DNA of 64,000 nucleotides from Tolypothrix carrinoi HA7290-LM1 (GTDB lineage Bacteria > Cyanobacteriota > Cyanobacteriia > Cyanobacteriales > Nostocaceae): NCBI GenBank assembly GCA_019358935.1, contig JAHHIK010000011.1:32001-96000 (forward strand). Reading direction: 5' to 3'. The translations under genes were made by a program, and so were the position numbers. The stretch's first letter is position 1. Each line of letters opens with the position of its first letter. Below, piece after piece: positions 40,361 through 50,771 of this stretch. Below the pieces are notes generated by a model that worked only from the letters and a program-made list of their open reading frames with translations, did no database searches and was not told the DNA's origin.

Positions 40361-42574
40361 TTACTCTTTGACGCAATCAATCATGTAGCGCTTGCCCGAC
40401 GAACTTTGCTCAATACGCAGCCCGTGGATTTCAATCTCGAAGCCGGGGAACTGTCGGTCAAATTCGCGTGTGAACCTGAGGTACTCGATAATCGAGCGGC
40501 TTTCAGGGATGAAGCGTTCTCCAGGCATGATGACGGGGATGCCTGGGGGGGTAGGAGCTACCATGGTTGCAGAAATCCGACCAATGGCTTCCTCAATATC
40601 TACATGCTCAACATGACCATGCACCAAGGCGTTGTAGGCATCGGCTGGACGCATCGCCGGTTCGGGAAGCGTTAGATACATATCATGCATAGCTTGCAAT
40701 ATATTGTTGGCACGGTAGCACTCGTGGATTGCAGTGCAAAGGTCGCGCAGACCCTTGCTATGTACGGCATTATGTGGCGCAACGCTCTTGAGCGCCTTAT
40801 CAAGGGGGGCGTTGGAGTCGTAGAGACGCTTGAACTTCAGGAGCTCCGTTAGCAACGTACTCCACTTGCCCTTGGTGATCCCGATTGAGAATAACACTAG
40901 CAGGGAGTATACCCCAGTTTTCTCCACCGTCAGCCCCTGCTCCCACAGGAACTTGGAGAGAACTGCCGCCGGGATACCAACCTCTCCTTCTCCTGCGCCC
41001 ACTCCAGGACAGATAATGGTGACTTTAATCGGATCGAGAATTGCTTGACCCGAAGTGAGACCGGCGAAACCATGCCAGTTCGCTTCTGCTTGTAGCTGCC
41101 AATCCTCTGTCTTGACCGCATCGTTGTTGAGGGGAACGTCCTCAGGCTGCCACGTAGAAAACCACCAATCGCTAGGCTCGAATTCCTTACGCATGTCACG
41201 CATTAGCCGTCGGAATGTTATCGCTTCATCAATGGTTTCTTGCAGAAGGGTGCGTCCGCCACGCCCTGCCATCATCCGCGATGCCACATCTAAAGAAGCC
41301 ATTATCGGGTAATGGGGCGAGGTGGAGGTGTGCATCAAAAAGGCATCATTAAAACGATGGATGTCGAGGGACTGCTTCTGACTGTTTTTCACATGAACCA
41401 TCGCAGCTTGGGAGAAGGCAGCGAGAAGTTTGTGAGTGGACTGGGTCGCGAACACAATTGGGTGTTCCGCCCGTGGAGAACTCTTTGACATCCCGTAATG
41501 ACCCTCGTAGAACTCGTGAAACGCAGCATAGGCAAACCATGCCTCGTCAAAATGTAGGGCATCTACTGCATCACCAATTTGCTCCTTGATAGCATCTGCG
41601 TTGTAGCAGATACCGTCATACGTCGAGTTAGTTACCACCGCCATCCGTGCTTTCTTACCGTAATTGCGGGCAAGGGGATTTGCCGCGATCTTCGCCTCAA
41701 TTGCTTGCGGTGAGAATTGATCTAGGCTAATAGGTCCGATAATGCCATGCTCATTCCGTGACGGCGTTAAATAGACAGGGATAGCCCCAGTCATAACGAT
41801 GATATGCAAAATAGACTTGTGGCAGTTGCGATCGACCAAAACGATATCATCGCGACCCACCATCCCGTGCCACACAATCTTGTTTGCCGTCGAGTTGCCG
41901 TTGATGACAAACAGGGTGTGGTCAGCACCAAAATTGCGTGCCGCTTCTATCTCAGCATCAGCGATCGGACCAGTGTGATCGAGAAGCGATCCCAGTTCAG
42001 GCACGGAGATTGAGAGGTCAGTGCGGAAAACGTTCTCACCATAGAACTGGTGAAAAGCCCGACCTACAGGGCTTTTGATAAAGGCAACCCCCCCGGCGTG
42101 TCCGGGTGTATGCCAGGAATATGCGGACTCCTCGGCATGATGCACCATCGCTTTGAAAAACGGAGGCAAGAGATTCTCCAGGTAATCTTGGGCAGCACGC
42201 GCAACCTGGCGAGCGAGGAACTCAGAGGTATCCTCAAACAAATAGATCACGCCTTCTACCTGACTCAGATACTGTAGCTGCAACTCCTCGACAGTTTTTC
42301 GTTCACCTACGTAGAAGATTGGTATGTTCTCGTTCTTCCGATGAGCAGCATCTAGGAGAGCCTGCAAATGCGCTGCGAAGTGAACCCCCTCCTCGGAGCC
42401 TTCCACTGAAATCAAGATACAGGAGAAGGCGTTGAAGCCTCCGGCTACGGTTGCTGCGTCTGTGTAGGTTTCTAAATTCAAGACTTTGAAGTTCAAGTTT
42501 TCTAATTCCGTTGCCAGCCTCCGCATGAAAACACCAGCAGCGTTCTCTGAGTGGAAGTCAGCATCAACAATCAA
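40361..42574 (-). CDS. PLP-dependent lysine/arginine/ornithine decarboxylase (wing-domain LdcA/AdiA type); canonical ATG at 42604 is followed by TGA
   Basis: WHTPGH.GG, DRNCHKS, HFDEAW, TQSTHK (PLP lysine), HTSTSP, PPGIP, FPGFE motifs. Confidence 0.93.
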   Translation of the reverse strand: MIVDADFHSENAAGVFMRRLATELENLNFKVLNLETYTDAATVAGGFNAFSCILISVEGSEEGVHFAAHLQALLDAAHRKNENIPIFYVGERKTVEELQLQYLSQVEGVIYLFEDTSEFLARQVARAAQDYLENLLPPFFKAMVHHAEESAYSWHTPGHAGGVAFIKSPVGRAFHQFYGENVFRTDLSISVPELGSLLDHTGPIADAEIEAARNFGADHTLFVINGNSTANKIVWHGMVGRDDIVLVDRNCHKSILHIIVMTGAIPVYLTPSRNEHGIIGPISLDQFSPQAIEAKIAANPLARNYGKKARMAVVTNSTYDGICYNADAIKEQIGDAVDALHFDEAWFAYAAFHEFYEGHYGMSKSSPRAEHPIVFATQSTHKLLAAFSQAAMVHVKNSQKQSLDIHRFNDAFLMHTSTSPHYPIMASLDVASRMMAGRGGRTLLQETIDEAITFRRLMRDMRKEFEPSDWWFSTWQPEDVPLNNDAVKTEDWQLQAEANWHGFAGLTSGQAILDPIKVTIICPGVGAGEGEVGIPAAVLSKFLWEQGLTVEKTGVYSLLVLFSIGITKGKWSTLLTELLKFKRLYDSNAPLDKALKSVAPHNAVHSKGLRDLCTAIHECYRANNILQAMHDMYLTLPEPAMRPADAYNALVHGHVEHVDIEEAIGRISATMVAPTPPGIPVIMPGERFIPESRSIIEYLRFTREFDRQFPGFEIEIHGLRIEQSSSGKRYMIDCVKE

Positions 42575-42759
42575 GATTGGAAAATCTAAAGCACGGTTTC
42601 ACATTGTAGTTTTTTTACTGTGATGATTTTGCATTACTCTTAAGATCGCATTTTATAACGCTTATACCCCAAGGCAAAGGCACCTTAAAGAGGCACAGAT
42701 ATAATTGACGAAAAATCTATTTTGTGTATTAAGTCGAAAAATCAGATTGCTCGCTTTTA

Positions 42760-43075
42760 CGTTGTCTGGCTTGAACAGGAGTTTTAACAGTGCTCGTTCT
42801 TGACAATGCTTCCGTGCATCAAAGTAAATTGACACAAAAGAATTTTCAACACTGGTACTCTCAAGGACTATTGTTATTTTTCTTGCCTGCTTATAATCCA
42901 CAAATGAACCGTATCGAAGATGAATGGTTGCATCTTAAACGTGACGAACTTGCTGAAAGGGTATTTGAAGATGAATACGAGAAGCGCGATCGCCATTATC
43001 GAAGGTATAGAAAGTAGAAAGCACAAGGTCAGTATCAAATTGAGCGTTTTACGTTTAATTAGGTTGACCTACTTA
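42760..43075 (+). mobile_element. IS630-family transposase remnant (C-terminal DDE fragment)
   Basis: VLDNASVH, FLPAYNPQMNRIE.EW..LK motifs; frameshifted end. Confidence 0.85.
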
Positions 43076-43089
43076 GGAGAAACAAAAGT

Positions 43090-43119
43090 GCGTAGAAAGT
43101 AGCCCGTCGTAGACATCGC
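43090..43119 (-). repeat. small dispersed repeat inserted in a HIP1 site
   Basis: Reverse complement reads GCGAT-[gtctacgacgggctactttcta]-CGC. Confidence 0.75.
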
Positions 43120-43167
43120 ATCACCCTGCGTTACCCTAAAATTAGTTGTTGATGGTGTCGGTAGCTT

Positions 43168-43437
43168 ATGGAATCTATAAACATTACACTACCAGATGAG
43201 CTAGGTGATGCTCTCAATTCTTATATCCGCGATCGCGAAGTTTCCTTACCTGCTAATGCGATTGTAGAAACTGCGCTCAAAGAATTTTTAACCCAACGTG
43301 GCTATTTACCCCCGCAACGACAAAGTTTACACCTCACTCCTGCACCAAAGCAAAGTGGTTTTCAAGATACCTCAGTAAATCACGATAAAATTCTCGCTGA
43401 ACAAGCATCGCAGAAATTACCGCCAAATATACGTTGA
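43168..43437 (+). CDS. putative antitoxin (ribbon-helix-helix type)
   Basis: INITLPDEL..AL..Y...IVETALKEFL, SGFQDTSVNHD; precedes a PIN fragment. Confidence 0.7.
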   Translation: MESINITLPDELGDALNSYIRDREVSLPANAIVETALKEFLTQRGYLPPQRQSLHLTPAPKQSGFQDTSVNHDKILAEQASQKLPPNIR

Positions 43438-43440
43438 GAG

Positions 43441-43674
43441 CCAGAAAACGCCGACACTGGACTTTTATATGCTGCTGTAGATGTAGATGACCAATATCAT
43501 GAGCGATCGCAAGCCGAACTACAGCGTATAGACCTAGAAAATTTAACAGTTGTAGTTGGGTTTCCTGTATATTTAGATACTTATAATCTGTTGCTATATC
43601 GTCTTGGAACTCAACAAGCGATCGGTTTTGCCAGACAATGTATAGAAGCCGTTAATTTCCTTATTGACGGCTAG
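43441..43674 (+). pseudogene. PIN-domain (VapC-like) toxin fragment
   Basis: ADTGLLYAAVD.DDQYH..ETY-like DTY..LLYRLG; no start codon, C-terminal half missing. Confidence 0.7.
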
Positions 43675-43742
43675 AGAGTAGCTAGGTGAATTAGGGTCAC
43701 TAGACCTTAAAAGAATATTGGTATCAAGAAGATATCTAGCCA

Positions 43743-43985
43743 TCAATCCTCATAAATGCTGTCACGGCGTAGGGCTTCATCTGGAAGTCCTGGGCTATCT
43801 TTGTCATGGCTTTCTGCCCAATCTATCCATTGTTTAACCCGTTCTGCCGTCGTCAGAGAATTTAGGGGTACGTGTTTTTCTGGGGTAGATTTGTGCAAGA
43901 TAAAATCGACAAAATCTAAAACTTCTTGCTGTTTATCGGCAGTTAAATCTCGCCATTTATTAAGTAACAGTTGTTCGGTATTCAT
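43743..43985 (-). CDS. DUF2281-like putative antitoxin
   Basis: L..DKQQEVLDFVDF and LPDEALRRDSIYED motifs. Confidence 0.7.
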   Translation of the reverse strand: MNTEQLLLNKWRDLTADKQQEVLDFVDFILHKSTPEKHVPLNSLTTAERVKQWIDWAESHDKDSPGLPDEALRRDSIYED

Positions 43986-44038
43986 CAGCTTATTTATCCT
44001 GTGATATAAATTAGATAAAACGTTCAGTGTAAAGCTTT

Positions 44039-44236
44039 TTACTCTTCACCTTCAATTTTGCGCCGGAATACCTCTTCCATTTGTTGCCAACCTTCTTCAG
44101 TATCGGGAAACTTATACTGTTTAGCCTTGGGATTACGACGACTCATTAAAATACGCAATGCTTCAATATCTTCTCGATGTGCCAGTACATAAGCTCTCAG
44201 TTCGGCTCTAGGCATTTTTTCAAAATCCGGCTTCAT
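44039..44236 (-). CDS. DUF6887-like small protein
   Basis: KPDFEKM.RAELRAYVLAHRED.EA. Confidence 0.75.
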   Translation of the reverse strand: MKPDFEKMPRAELRAYVLAHREDIEALRILMSRRNPKAKQYKFPDTEEGWQQMEEVFRRKIEGEE

Positions 44237-44411
44237 TTATAAACTCCCAGATTCCCTCACGGTTGATAATAATTTCGATAGTTTCTCCAGCCAGAATATA
44301 TATCTCTCCTGTTTTTTCATCAAAGCGAAATAAATGAATATCCTGATACAGATTGGATAACATCTGACACACCTTGATGCATTCGATTCCTTGCTTTGCC
44401 GTGGGTAAAAT
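44220..44411 (-). CDS. DUF6888-like small protein (not in ORF track; start codon unclear, possibly ATT)
   Basis: LPTAKQGIECIKVCQMLSNLYQDIHLFRFDEKTGEIYILAGETIEIII...W overlapping the DUF6887 start. Confidence 0.65.
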   Translation of the reverse strand: MLPTAKQGIECIKVCQMLSNLYQDIHLFRFDEKTGEIYILAGETIEIIINREGIWEFINEAGF

Positions 44412-44517
44412 AGTCTTTCCTCAATTGTGACATAGCTATTTTCACACGAGGCGTTACTTTTTAATTAGTTATTGACAATGCCACAAGCTTATGAATTCAT
44501 TTTTTAAATAACGTGAA

Positions 44518-45072
44518 TTACGCTGTTGTAGCAAGGCGAAAATCTGCTATAATAGGTAACTCGAATAAAGTTTTCTCTGACAGCCTTTTGGAGAAAAATA
44601 AAATTTCCAAGTTTTCAATTTCGCCAGTATCTGGGTTGAGCCGAGCAATTACACCATAGTCAATTTCTTCTGATTCTTGTTCTGCGTATGGTTGGCGTTT
44701 GTTGATATAGAGAATATCACCCTCGCGATCGTATTCAAACCCTAATTTCGCGTCCATATAGTTTCTCCTTTCCTTCATTTTTTTGGAAATATAAGCTGTA
44801 ACAATCCAATGGCGTTCTTGGGGAAATGTATCGGTAACTACGGCTACTATGGCAAAAGAGCCTTTGCGGAGAGTAGGAAACCAGCGAGAAAATAAGAGCG
44901 TATTTTCAAAACGTAGATCGCACCGAACTTCGTCAGGATCGCTCAAGGTGTCAGCAATTAAGTCAAGGTAGGTTGTTGGTAAATCGGGATGCCTTTGAAG
45001 AATATGTCTTTCGCGTTCTTGGGTTAGTTCAACCTCACTATCAAGATAGGGGCAAAAAAATTGCTCTGCCAC
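44518..45072 (-). CDS. RelE/barnase-like nuclease toxin fused in frame to DUF2283 antitoxin
   Basis: ERHI..RHP...WIVTAY toxin motif; MDAKL.FEYDREGDILYI DUF2283 motif with its own AAGGAG/ATG. Confidence 0.75.
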   Translation of the reverse strand: MAEQFFCPYLDSEVELTQERERHILQRHPDLPTTYLDLIADTLSDPDEVRCDLRFENTLLFSRWFPTLRKGSFAIVAVVTDTFPQERHWIVTAYISKKMKERRNYMDAKLGFEYDREGDILYINKRQPYAEQESEEIDYGVIARLNPDTGEIENLEILFFSKRLSEKTLFELPIIADFRLATTA

Positions 45073-45350
45073 AGTTTCTCTACTTTATTTATATATTCCA
45101 GTAAAAGGTATAAAAATACTCTTCACGCATACACTCTGCTGTTGACAATTGTAAAAGCAAATACCGCCTTTAGTGCTTCAGGGTTGGGGGTGAGGTTTTT
45201 TCCCGGACGGTAATCCTACTTGAGAATGACGTGAAGACCGATCTTTGTAGTTGTCCGCGTCTTTTTACAATCAGTTTATCAGAAAAAATTTTATTGTTTT
45301 TCTCTTGGCGCTGTTTAAACGCCTTCATTAGTTAGTTGAGTCAAAAGCCT

Positions 45351-47969
45351 ATGCAACCCACTAACCCCAACCAATTTACCGAAAAAGCCTGGGAAGCGAT
45401 CGCGCACACTCCAGATATTGCTAAACAATATCAACTTCAGCAGATCGAAAGCGAACACTTAATGAAGGCACTGCTAGAACAAGAAGGACTAGCTAGCGGT
45501 GTTTTTACTAAAGCCGGTGTAAATCTCCAAAAATTACGCGATCGCACTGAACAATTCATTCAACGTCAGCCGAAAGTTTCCGGTAGCAGCAGTTCCGTTT
45601 ACTTAGGACGCAGCTTGGATACACTGTTAGATCGCGCTGATGGCTATCGCAAAGAATTTCAAGACGAATACATCTCTATTGAACACTTATTACTCGCCTA
45701 CGCCAAGGATGACCGCTTTGGCAAAAGTCTATTCCAAGAATTTGGATTAGACGAAGGCAAATTAAAGAATATCATTAAACAAATTCGTGGGAACCAGAAA
45801 GTGACCGACCAAAATCCAGAAGGCAAATATGAAGCACTGGAAAAATATGGGCGTGACCTCACCGAAGCTGCCCGTCAAGGTAAACTTGATCCAGTGATTG
45901 GACGCGATGATGAAATTCGCCGCACCATTCAAATTCTCTCGCGTCGTACCAAAAATAACCCCGTACTGATTGGGGAACCGGGTGTGGGTAAAACTGCGAT
46001 CGCTGAAGGATTAGCACAGCGCATCGTTGCAGGTGATGTCCCTCAATCTCTCAAAGACCGCAGGCTGATAGCTTTAGATATGGGTGCTTTGATTGCGGGA
46101 GCAAAATTCCGGGGTGAATTTGAAGAACGTCTCAAAGCAGTATTAAAAGAAGTTACCGAATCTGGCGGCAATATTGTATTATTTATCGATGAAATTCACA
46201 CCGTAGTCGGTGCCGGTGCGACTCAAGGTGCGATGGACGCAGGTAACTTGTTAAAACCGATGTTAGCGCGGGGTGAATTGCGCTGTATTGGGGCGACAAC
46301 TCTTGACGAATACCGCAAGTATATCGAAAAAGATGCCGCTTTGGAAAGACGTTTCCAGCAGGTTTATGTCGATCAGCCGAGTGTATCCGATACTATTTCG
46401 ATTTTGCGGGGGTTGAGAGAACGTTATGAAAACCACCACGGGGTAAAGATTTCTGATAGTGCTTTAGTTGCAGCTGCTATCTTGTCGAGTCGATATATTA
46501 GCGATCGCTTTCTTCCCGATAAAGCGATCGACTTGGTAGACGAAGCCGCAGCGAGACTGAAAATGGAGATTACCTCCAAACCCGAAGAACTCGACGAAAT
46601 CGACCGCAAAATTCTCCAATTAGAAATGGAAAGGCTTTCTCTCCAAAAAGAAAGCGATGCAGGTTCTCGCGAACGTTTAGAAAGACTAGAAAAAGAACTT
46701 GCGGATTTTAAAGAAGAACAAAGAACGTTCAATACTCAATGGCAGTCTGAAAAAGATATTATCACCAAAATTCAGTCTGTTAAACAAGATATTGAACGGG
46801 TAAATCTGGAAATTCAACAAGCAGAACGCGACTACGATCTTAACCGCGCTGCTGAGTTGAAATATGGCAAATTAACAGATTTACATCGTCAATTAGAAGC
46901 CGCAGAAACTGAACTTGCCCAAACGCAACACAGTGGAAAATCACTGTTGCGAGAAGAAGTAACTGAAGCTGATATTGCGGAAGTTATTTCTAAGTGGACG
47001 GGAATTCCTATCAGCAAGCTGGTGGAATCTGAAAAAGAAAAACTCCTGCAATTAGAAGATGAACTGCACCACCGGGTCGTCGGACAAGATGAAGCGGTAA
47101 CAGCTGTAGCGGATGCAATTCAACGTTCTCGCGCTGGACTTGCAGATCCCAATCGTCCCATTGCTAGCTTTATTTTCCTCGGTCCTACGGGTGTGGGTAA
47201 AACCGAATTAGCGAAAGCGCTAGCCGCATATCTCTTCGACACGGAAGAAGCGCTGGTACGAATTGATATGTCTGAGTATATGGAGAAACACGCAGTTTCT
47301 CGCCTCATCGGTGCGCCTCCCGGATACGTGGGATACGATGAGGGCGGACAACTCACCGAAGCCGTTCGTCGTCGTCCTTATGCGGTGCTGCTATTCGACG
47401 AAATCGAAAAAGCACACCCCGATGTATTTAATATCTTTCTGCAAATTCTTGATGATGGGCGTGTGACTGATGCTCAAGGTCATACAGTTGACTTTAAGAA
47501 CACGATCATCATTATGACTAGCAACATCGGTTCGCAGTATATTCTCGATGTGGCGGGGGATGATTCACGTTATGATGAAATGCGTCATCGCGTGATGGAA
47601 GCGATGCGGAATAGCTTCCGTCCGGAGTTTCTCAACCGCATTGACGAAACGATAATCTTCCACCCACTGCACAAAGGCGAATTGCGGCATATTGTACAGT
47701 TGCAAGTAAATAGACTGCGACAAAGATTGAGCGATCGCAAGATTTCTCTCAAACTCTCCGATTCTGCTCTTGACTTTTTGGCAGAAGTAGGATATGACCC
47801 AGTATTTGGCGCACGTCCTTTAAAAAGAGCGATTCAACGCGAGTTAGAAACTCAAATTGCCAAAGCTATCTTACGCGGTGAATTCAACGATGGCGATACA
47901 ATTTTTGTGGATGTGCAAAATGAGCGTTTGTCTTTCAATCGTTTGCCGGCTGAGGTATTTACCAGCTAA
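45351..47969 (+). CDS. clpB: ATP-dependent chaperone ClpB
   Basis: Two AAA+ modules ([16 protein letters not shown]), coiled-coil M domain, GARPLKR. Confidence 0.98.
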   Translation: MQPTNPNQFTEKAWEAIAHTPDIAKQYQLQQIESEHLMKALLEQEGLASGVFTKAGVNLQKLRDRTEQFIQRQPKVSGSSSSVYLGRSLDTLLDRADGYRKEFQDEYISIEHLLLAYAKDDRFGKSLFQEFGLDEGKLKNIIKQIRGNQKVTDQNPEGKYEALEKYGRDLTEAARQGKLDPVIGRDDEIRRTIQILSRRTKNNPVLIGEPGVGKTAIAEGLAQRIVAGDVPQSLKDRRLIALDMGALIAGAKFRGEFEERLKAVLKEVTESGGNIVLFIDEIHTVVGAGATQGAMDAGNLLKPMLARGELRCIGATTLDEYRKYIEKDAALERRFQQVYVDQPSVSDTISILRGLRERYENHHGVKISDSALVAAAILSSRYISDRFLPDKAIDLVDEAAARLKMEITSKPEELDEIDRKILQLEMERLSLQKESDAGSRERLERLEKELADFKEEQRTFNTQWQSEKDIITKIQSVKQDIERVNLEIQQAERDYDLNRAAELKYGKLTDLHRQLEAAETELAQTQHSGKSLLREEVTEADIAEVISKWTGIPISKLVESEKEKLLQLEDELHHRVVGQDEAVTAVADAIQRSRAGLADPNRPIASFIFLGPTGVGKTELAKALAAYLFDTEEALVRIDMSEYMEKHAVSRLIGAPPGYVGYDEGGQLTEAVRRRPYAVLLFDEIEKAHPDVFNIFLQILDDGRVTDAQGHTVDFKNTIIIMTSNIGSQYILDVAGDDSRYDEMRHRVMEAMRNSFRPEFLNRIDETIIFHPLHKGELRHIVQLQVNRLRQRLSDRKISLKLSDSALDFLAEVGYDPVFGARPLKRAIQRELETQIAKAILRGEFNDGDTIFVDVQNERLSFNRLPAEVFTS

Positions 47970-48068
47970 TTAGATGCAAGATTAAGACCCCCCACATATT
48001 GTAGAGACGTTCGGTGTGGAACGTCTCTACGACGGTATGGTGTTTTTATTAATGTTAATTCAACAAAG

Positions 48069-48536
48069 ATGAAAAGCCATCTAGCACTCGCAGGTCCGTT
48101 TTACGGCAAAGCTGAGGTTTGTGAATCAATACTTAGAACTTTACCCGAATGGTTTGGGAAAGAGACAGCGCTAATTCAATACCTGAAAGACATAGAAAGG
48201 CTACCAAGTTTACTTGCTGTAGTAGATAATGAGTGTGTAGGTTTTCTTACCTTCAAGCTGCATAATGAATACGCAGCGGAACTGTATATTATCGGTGTTC
48301 GTCCCGAATATCACCGTCAAGGTATTGGTCGTGCGTTAGTGAACCGCGTAGAGTCGATTATACGTCAGCAGAGTATAGAATATTGGCAGGTTAAGACTCT
48401 TGCTTCATCTCACCCAGATAAATTTTATGCACAAACAAGAGCGTTTTATTTCAGTATGGGATTTAGACCCCTAGAAGTATTTACACAACTTTGGGGCGAA
48501 GATAATCCCTGTATGTTAATGGTCAAGCGCTTATAA
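48069..48536 (+). CDS. GNAT family N-acetyltransferase
   Basis: GVRPEYHRQGIGRAL acetyl-CoA motif; FY..MGF. Confidence 0.9.
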   Translation: MKSHLALAGPFYGKAEVCESILRTLPEWFGKETALIQYLKDIERLPSLLAVVDNECVGFLTFKLHNEYAAELYIIGVRPEYHRQGIGRALVNRVESIIRQQSIEYWQVKTLASSHPDKFYAQTRAFYFSMGFRPLEVFTQLWGEDNPCMLMVKRL

Positions 48537-48817
48537 ATTGCTTATATTAAAAAAATTATTCATCAAAAAATACTTCATATATCTCAGTAACTAAGTGGCG
48601 CAATTAAAGATAAAATGTAATTATTGTTCGTAGTGAGCGGTTTACCGCTCAATTGCATTCATTTTTAAGCACTTTGAAGCACTGAAGTGCTTACTACGTT
48701 AAAATGCTTTTATTTACACTTGAGTACTTAAGTCGATTATGAAATCTGGAATTATCTAGTTAAGTAATGTAGTTTTACAATGAATGCACAAGTAACAATC
48801 ATTGGAGGATAAATTTT

Positions 48818-49057
48818 ATGTCTTTAGAACAGGTTGATGCTTTTTATGACCTTGTGAGTTCAGATCAAGCTATTTACGAGCAATATTACAATAAGTGCTG
48901 TCGTCTGGGGTTTTTAGGCAGCTATCATTGGGATAAAAGCAAGATTGTTGATTTTGCGGCTAATTTGGGCTACAGCTTTAGTGAAAATGATTTAGATCAA
49001 GTATGGTTTGGAAATGAGCCAAGTTTTTCTGCTCAATCGCTGAATTTATCCAAATAA
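48818..49057 (+). CDS. Nif11-like leader peptide family protein
   Basis: MSLEQVDAFY..V..D and IVDFAANLGYSFSENDL motifs; GGAGG RBS. Confidence 0.75.
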   Translation: MSLEQVDAFYDLVSSDQAIYEQYYNKCCRLGFLGSYHWDKSKIVDFAANLGYSFSENDLDQVWFGNEPSFSAQSLNLSK

Positions 49058-49140
49058 AAGCATATGTCTTGAATTAATTGGCATTTTTATATTTTTTAAC
49101 TGAATAATTTTAGAATATACGTTTTGATATGACTACAAAC

Positions 49141-49174
49141 AAAGACGTTTTCCCCACCGAGGAAAGCGTCTTTT
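49141..49174. terminator. intrinsic terminator
   Basis: AAAGACGTTTTCC..GGAAAGCGTCTTTT. Confidence 0.6.
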
Positions 49175-49325
49175 ATAGTATCCGACAAATCACATATATT
49201 GTAGAGACGTTCCGGACCGAACGTCTCTACGACGGTTTTTTGGTAAAATGAGGGGTCAGACCTACCATTCGCCAACGGTATCCTGGTAGGGGGGGGTTAG
49301 GTTCCGATTTTGATGTTTACATCTT

Positions 49326-49901
49326 CTAAAAACCTGAACCTGGTTGCTGTAAAAATTCTTCTTCCTCTAAGCTGGAAATGCGCCCTAAAATTGCATTGCG
49401 ATGAGGAAATCGCCCAAAACGCTCAATTATTTCTAGGTGACGATATGCATATTCAATTGCTTCAGCGCTGTCAGGATCGTGGCTGAGTTGCTGAAATAGC
49501 TTTACACTCTGATGCTGATGATCTAGATTTTCGCTGTGTTCAAAAGGTAAGTAGATAAACCAGCGTTGTACAGGCAAAAAGTGGCGATCGTAACCGAGTG
49601 CGATCGCCTGCTGCGCTGCTGAAAGTGCTTCCCAATCAGTCGCGAAGGCTTCAGGAGTACCCCGAAATATACTTCGGGGAAACTGATCTAACAACAAAAT
49701 CAGCGCCAGACAAGTTTCCGGTAAATCGATCCAATCGTCTAGGTGTCCCGCTGCCGCTTTTTGGTAATCTGTGCCGAATCGAGTTCGCAGTTCCTCATCA
49801 AACTCTGGTGTTTTATTAAACCAAGTTTTTCGAGGTTTACCGTAATTCGGTTCATCAGGATGACCAAACCAAAATTCTAAAATAGGTTTTGCCTGTGACA
49901 T
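49326..49901 (-). CDS. DUF924 family protein
   Basis: ILEFWF, LDQFPR, FIYLPFEHSE, RFGRFPHRN..LGR. Confidence 0.93.
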   Translation of the reverse strand: MSQAKPILEFWFGHPDEPNYGKPRKTWFNKTPEFDEELRTRFGTDYQKAAAGHLDDWIDLPETCLALILLLDQFPRSIFRGTPEAFATDWEALSAAQQAIALGYDRHFLPVQRWFIYLPFEHSENLDHQHQSVKLFQQLSHDPDSAEAIEYAYRHLEIIERFGRFPHRNAILGRISSLEEEEFLQQPGSGF

Positions 49902-49906
49902 TGGTA

Positions 49907-50461
49907 TTACTGACCTAACATAAGCACTTGTCGCATTTTACGCATATTTGCGGGCAATTCTAAATTCATTGCTTGTTGAATAAACATCGATGGTATGGGA
50001 ATATTAGGCGTAGCTTGCACAGTATAAGCTAGCAATGTGCCGTTACCGCAATCTTTTAGCTCTAAATTAGCTGTAAAGTCTTCAAAAGTTCCTTTTTCCA
50101 TCCGAAATTGAATTCGCTGCCCAATTTCTTCGGCAACGTTCAGGTAGATTTCAACTTGTGCTGTAAAAAAGAAAAATGCCTTTTGTGCCGCTTGATACAG
50201 ACGCTTGACTTCACCTCGTTGTATAATCTCGCTTTTTGTTATATCAGGAAAATATTGCACCCAACGCGGGTAATCTGTGAGTTGCTGCCAGACATGCGAT
50301 CGCACTAAAGGCACATACATCCAAGCGGTGACAGCACCACCCCAAGCATTGTGCGATCGCGTTTCTACCAAAATCTCACCCTGCATCAGTAACTTTTGCT
50401 TGTCTTGACTCCAAGTCATATCGGAACCTCTAGTAATATTTGGGATATAAGACGCAGACAT
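49907..50461 (-). CDS. SRPBCC / polyketide cyclase-like protein
   Basis: VWQQLTDY.RW..YFPD and FRMEKGTF..F motifs. Confidence 0.8.
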   Translation of the reverse strand: MSASYIPNITRGSDMTWSQDKQKLLMQGEILVETRSHNAWGGAVTAWMYVPLVRSHVWQQLTDYPRWVQYFPDITKSEIIQRGEVKRLYQAAQKAFFFFTAQVEIYLNVAEEIGQRIQFRMEKGTFEDFTANLELKDCGNGTLLAYTVQATPNIPIPSMFIQQAMNLELPANMRKMRQVLMLGQ

Positions 50462-50771
50462 ATTGATTTTGGTTACTCCTCAAACCCACTTACGCAGTTG
50501 AAATGTAAAGTCTTTAACTTCATCGATGACAACCGACTAATTGTAGTTCCACTTCCATAGATAAATTTTCCGGAAAAACTGCTTCTAAGGTTATTATTCC
50601 CAAGATTTACGGAAAAGTATGTAATTTTATGATGAATTTCCCCCTTCATCGGTAAATACTGAACTAGCTTTAAAGTACAGCCTTTGACACTACTCGTCTA
50701 TGACGTAAAATTATGAAGTTTTTGCCTTTTCGTTATGCTTTGATAAGCTGTTGCGTTCTGAGGGCAATTAT

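Noticed and set aside
42599..42604. Selenocysteine recoding of the TGA at codon 2
   Set aside because: No catalytic rationale at that position and no convincing SECIS-like hairpin recognised
48764..48778. NtcA box upstream of the Nif11-like gene
   Set aside because: Spacing is GTA-N9-TAC rather than N8
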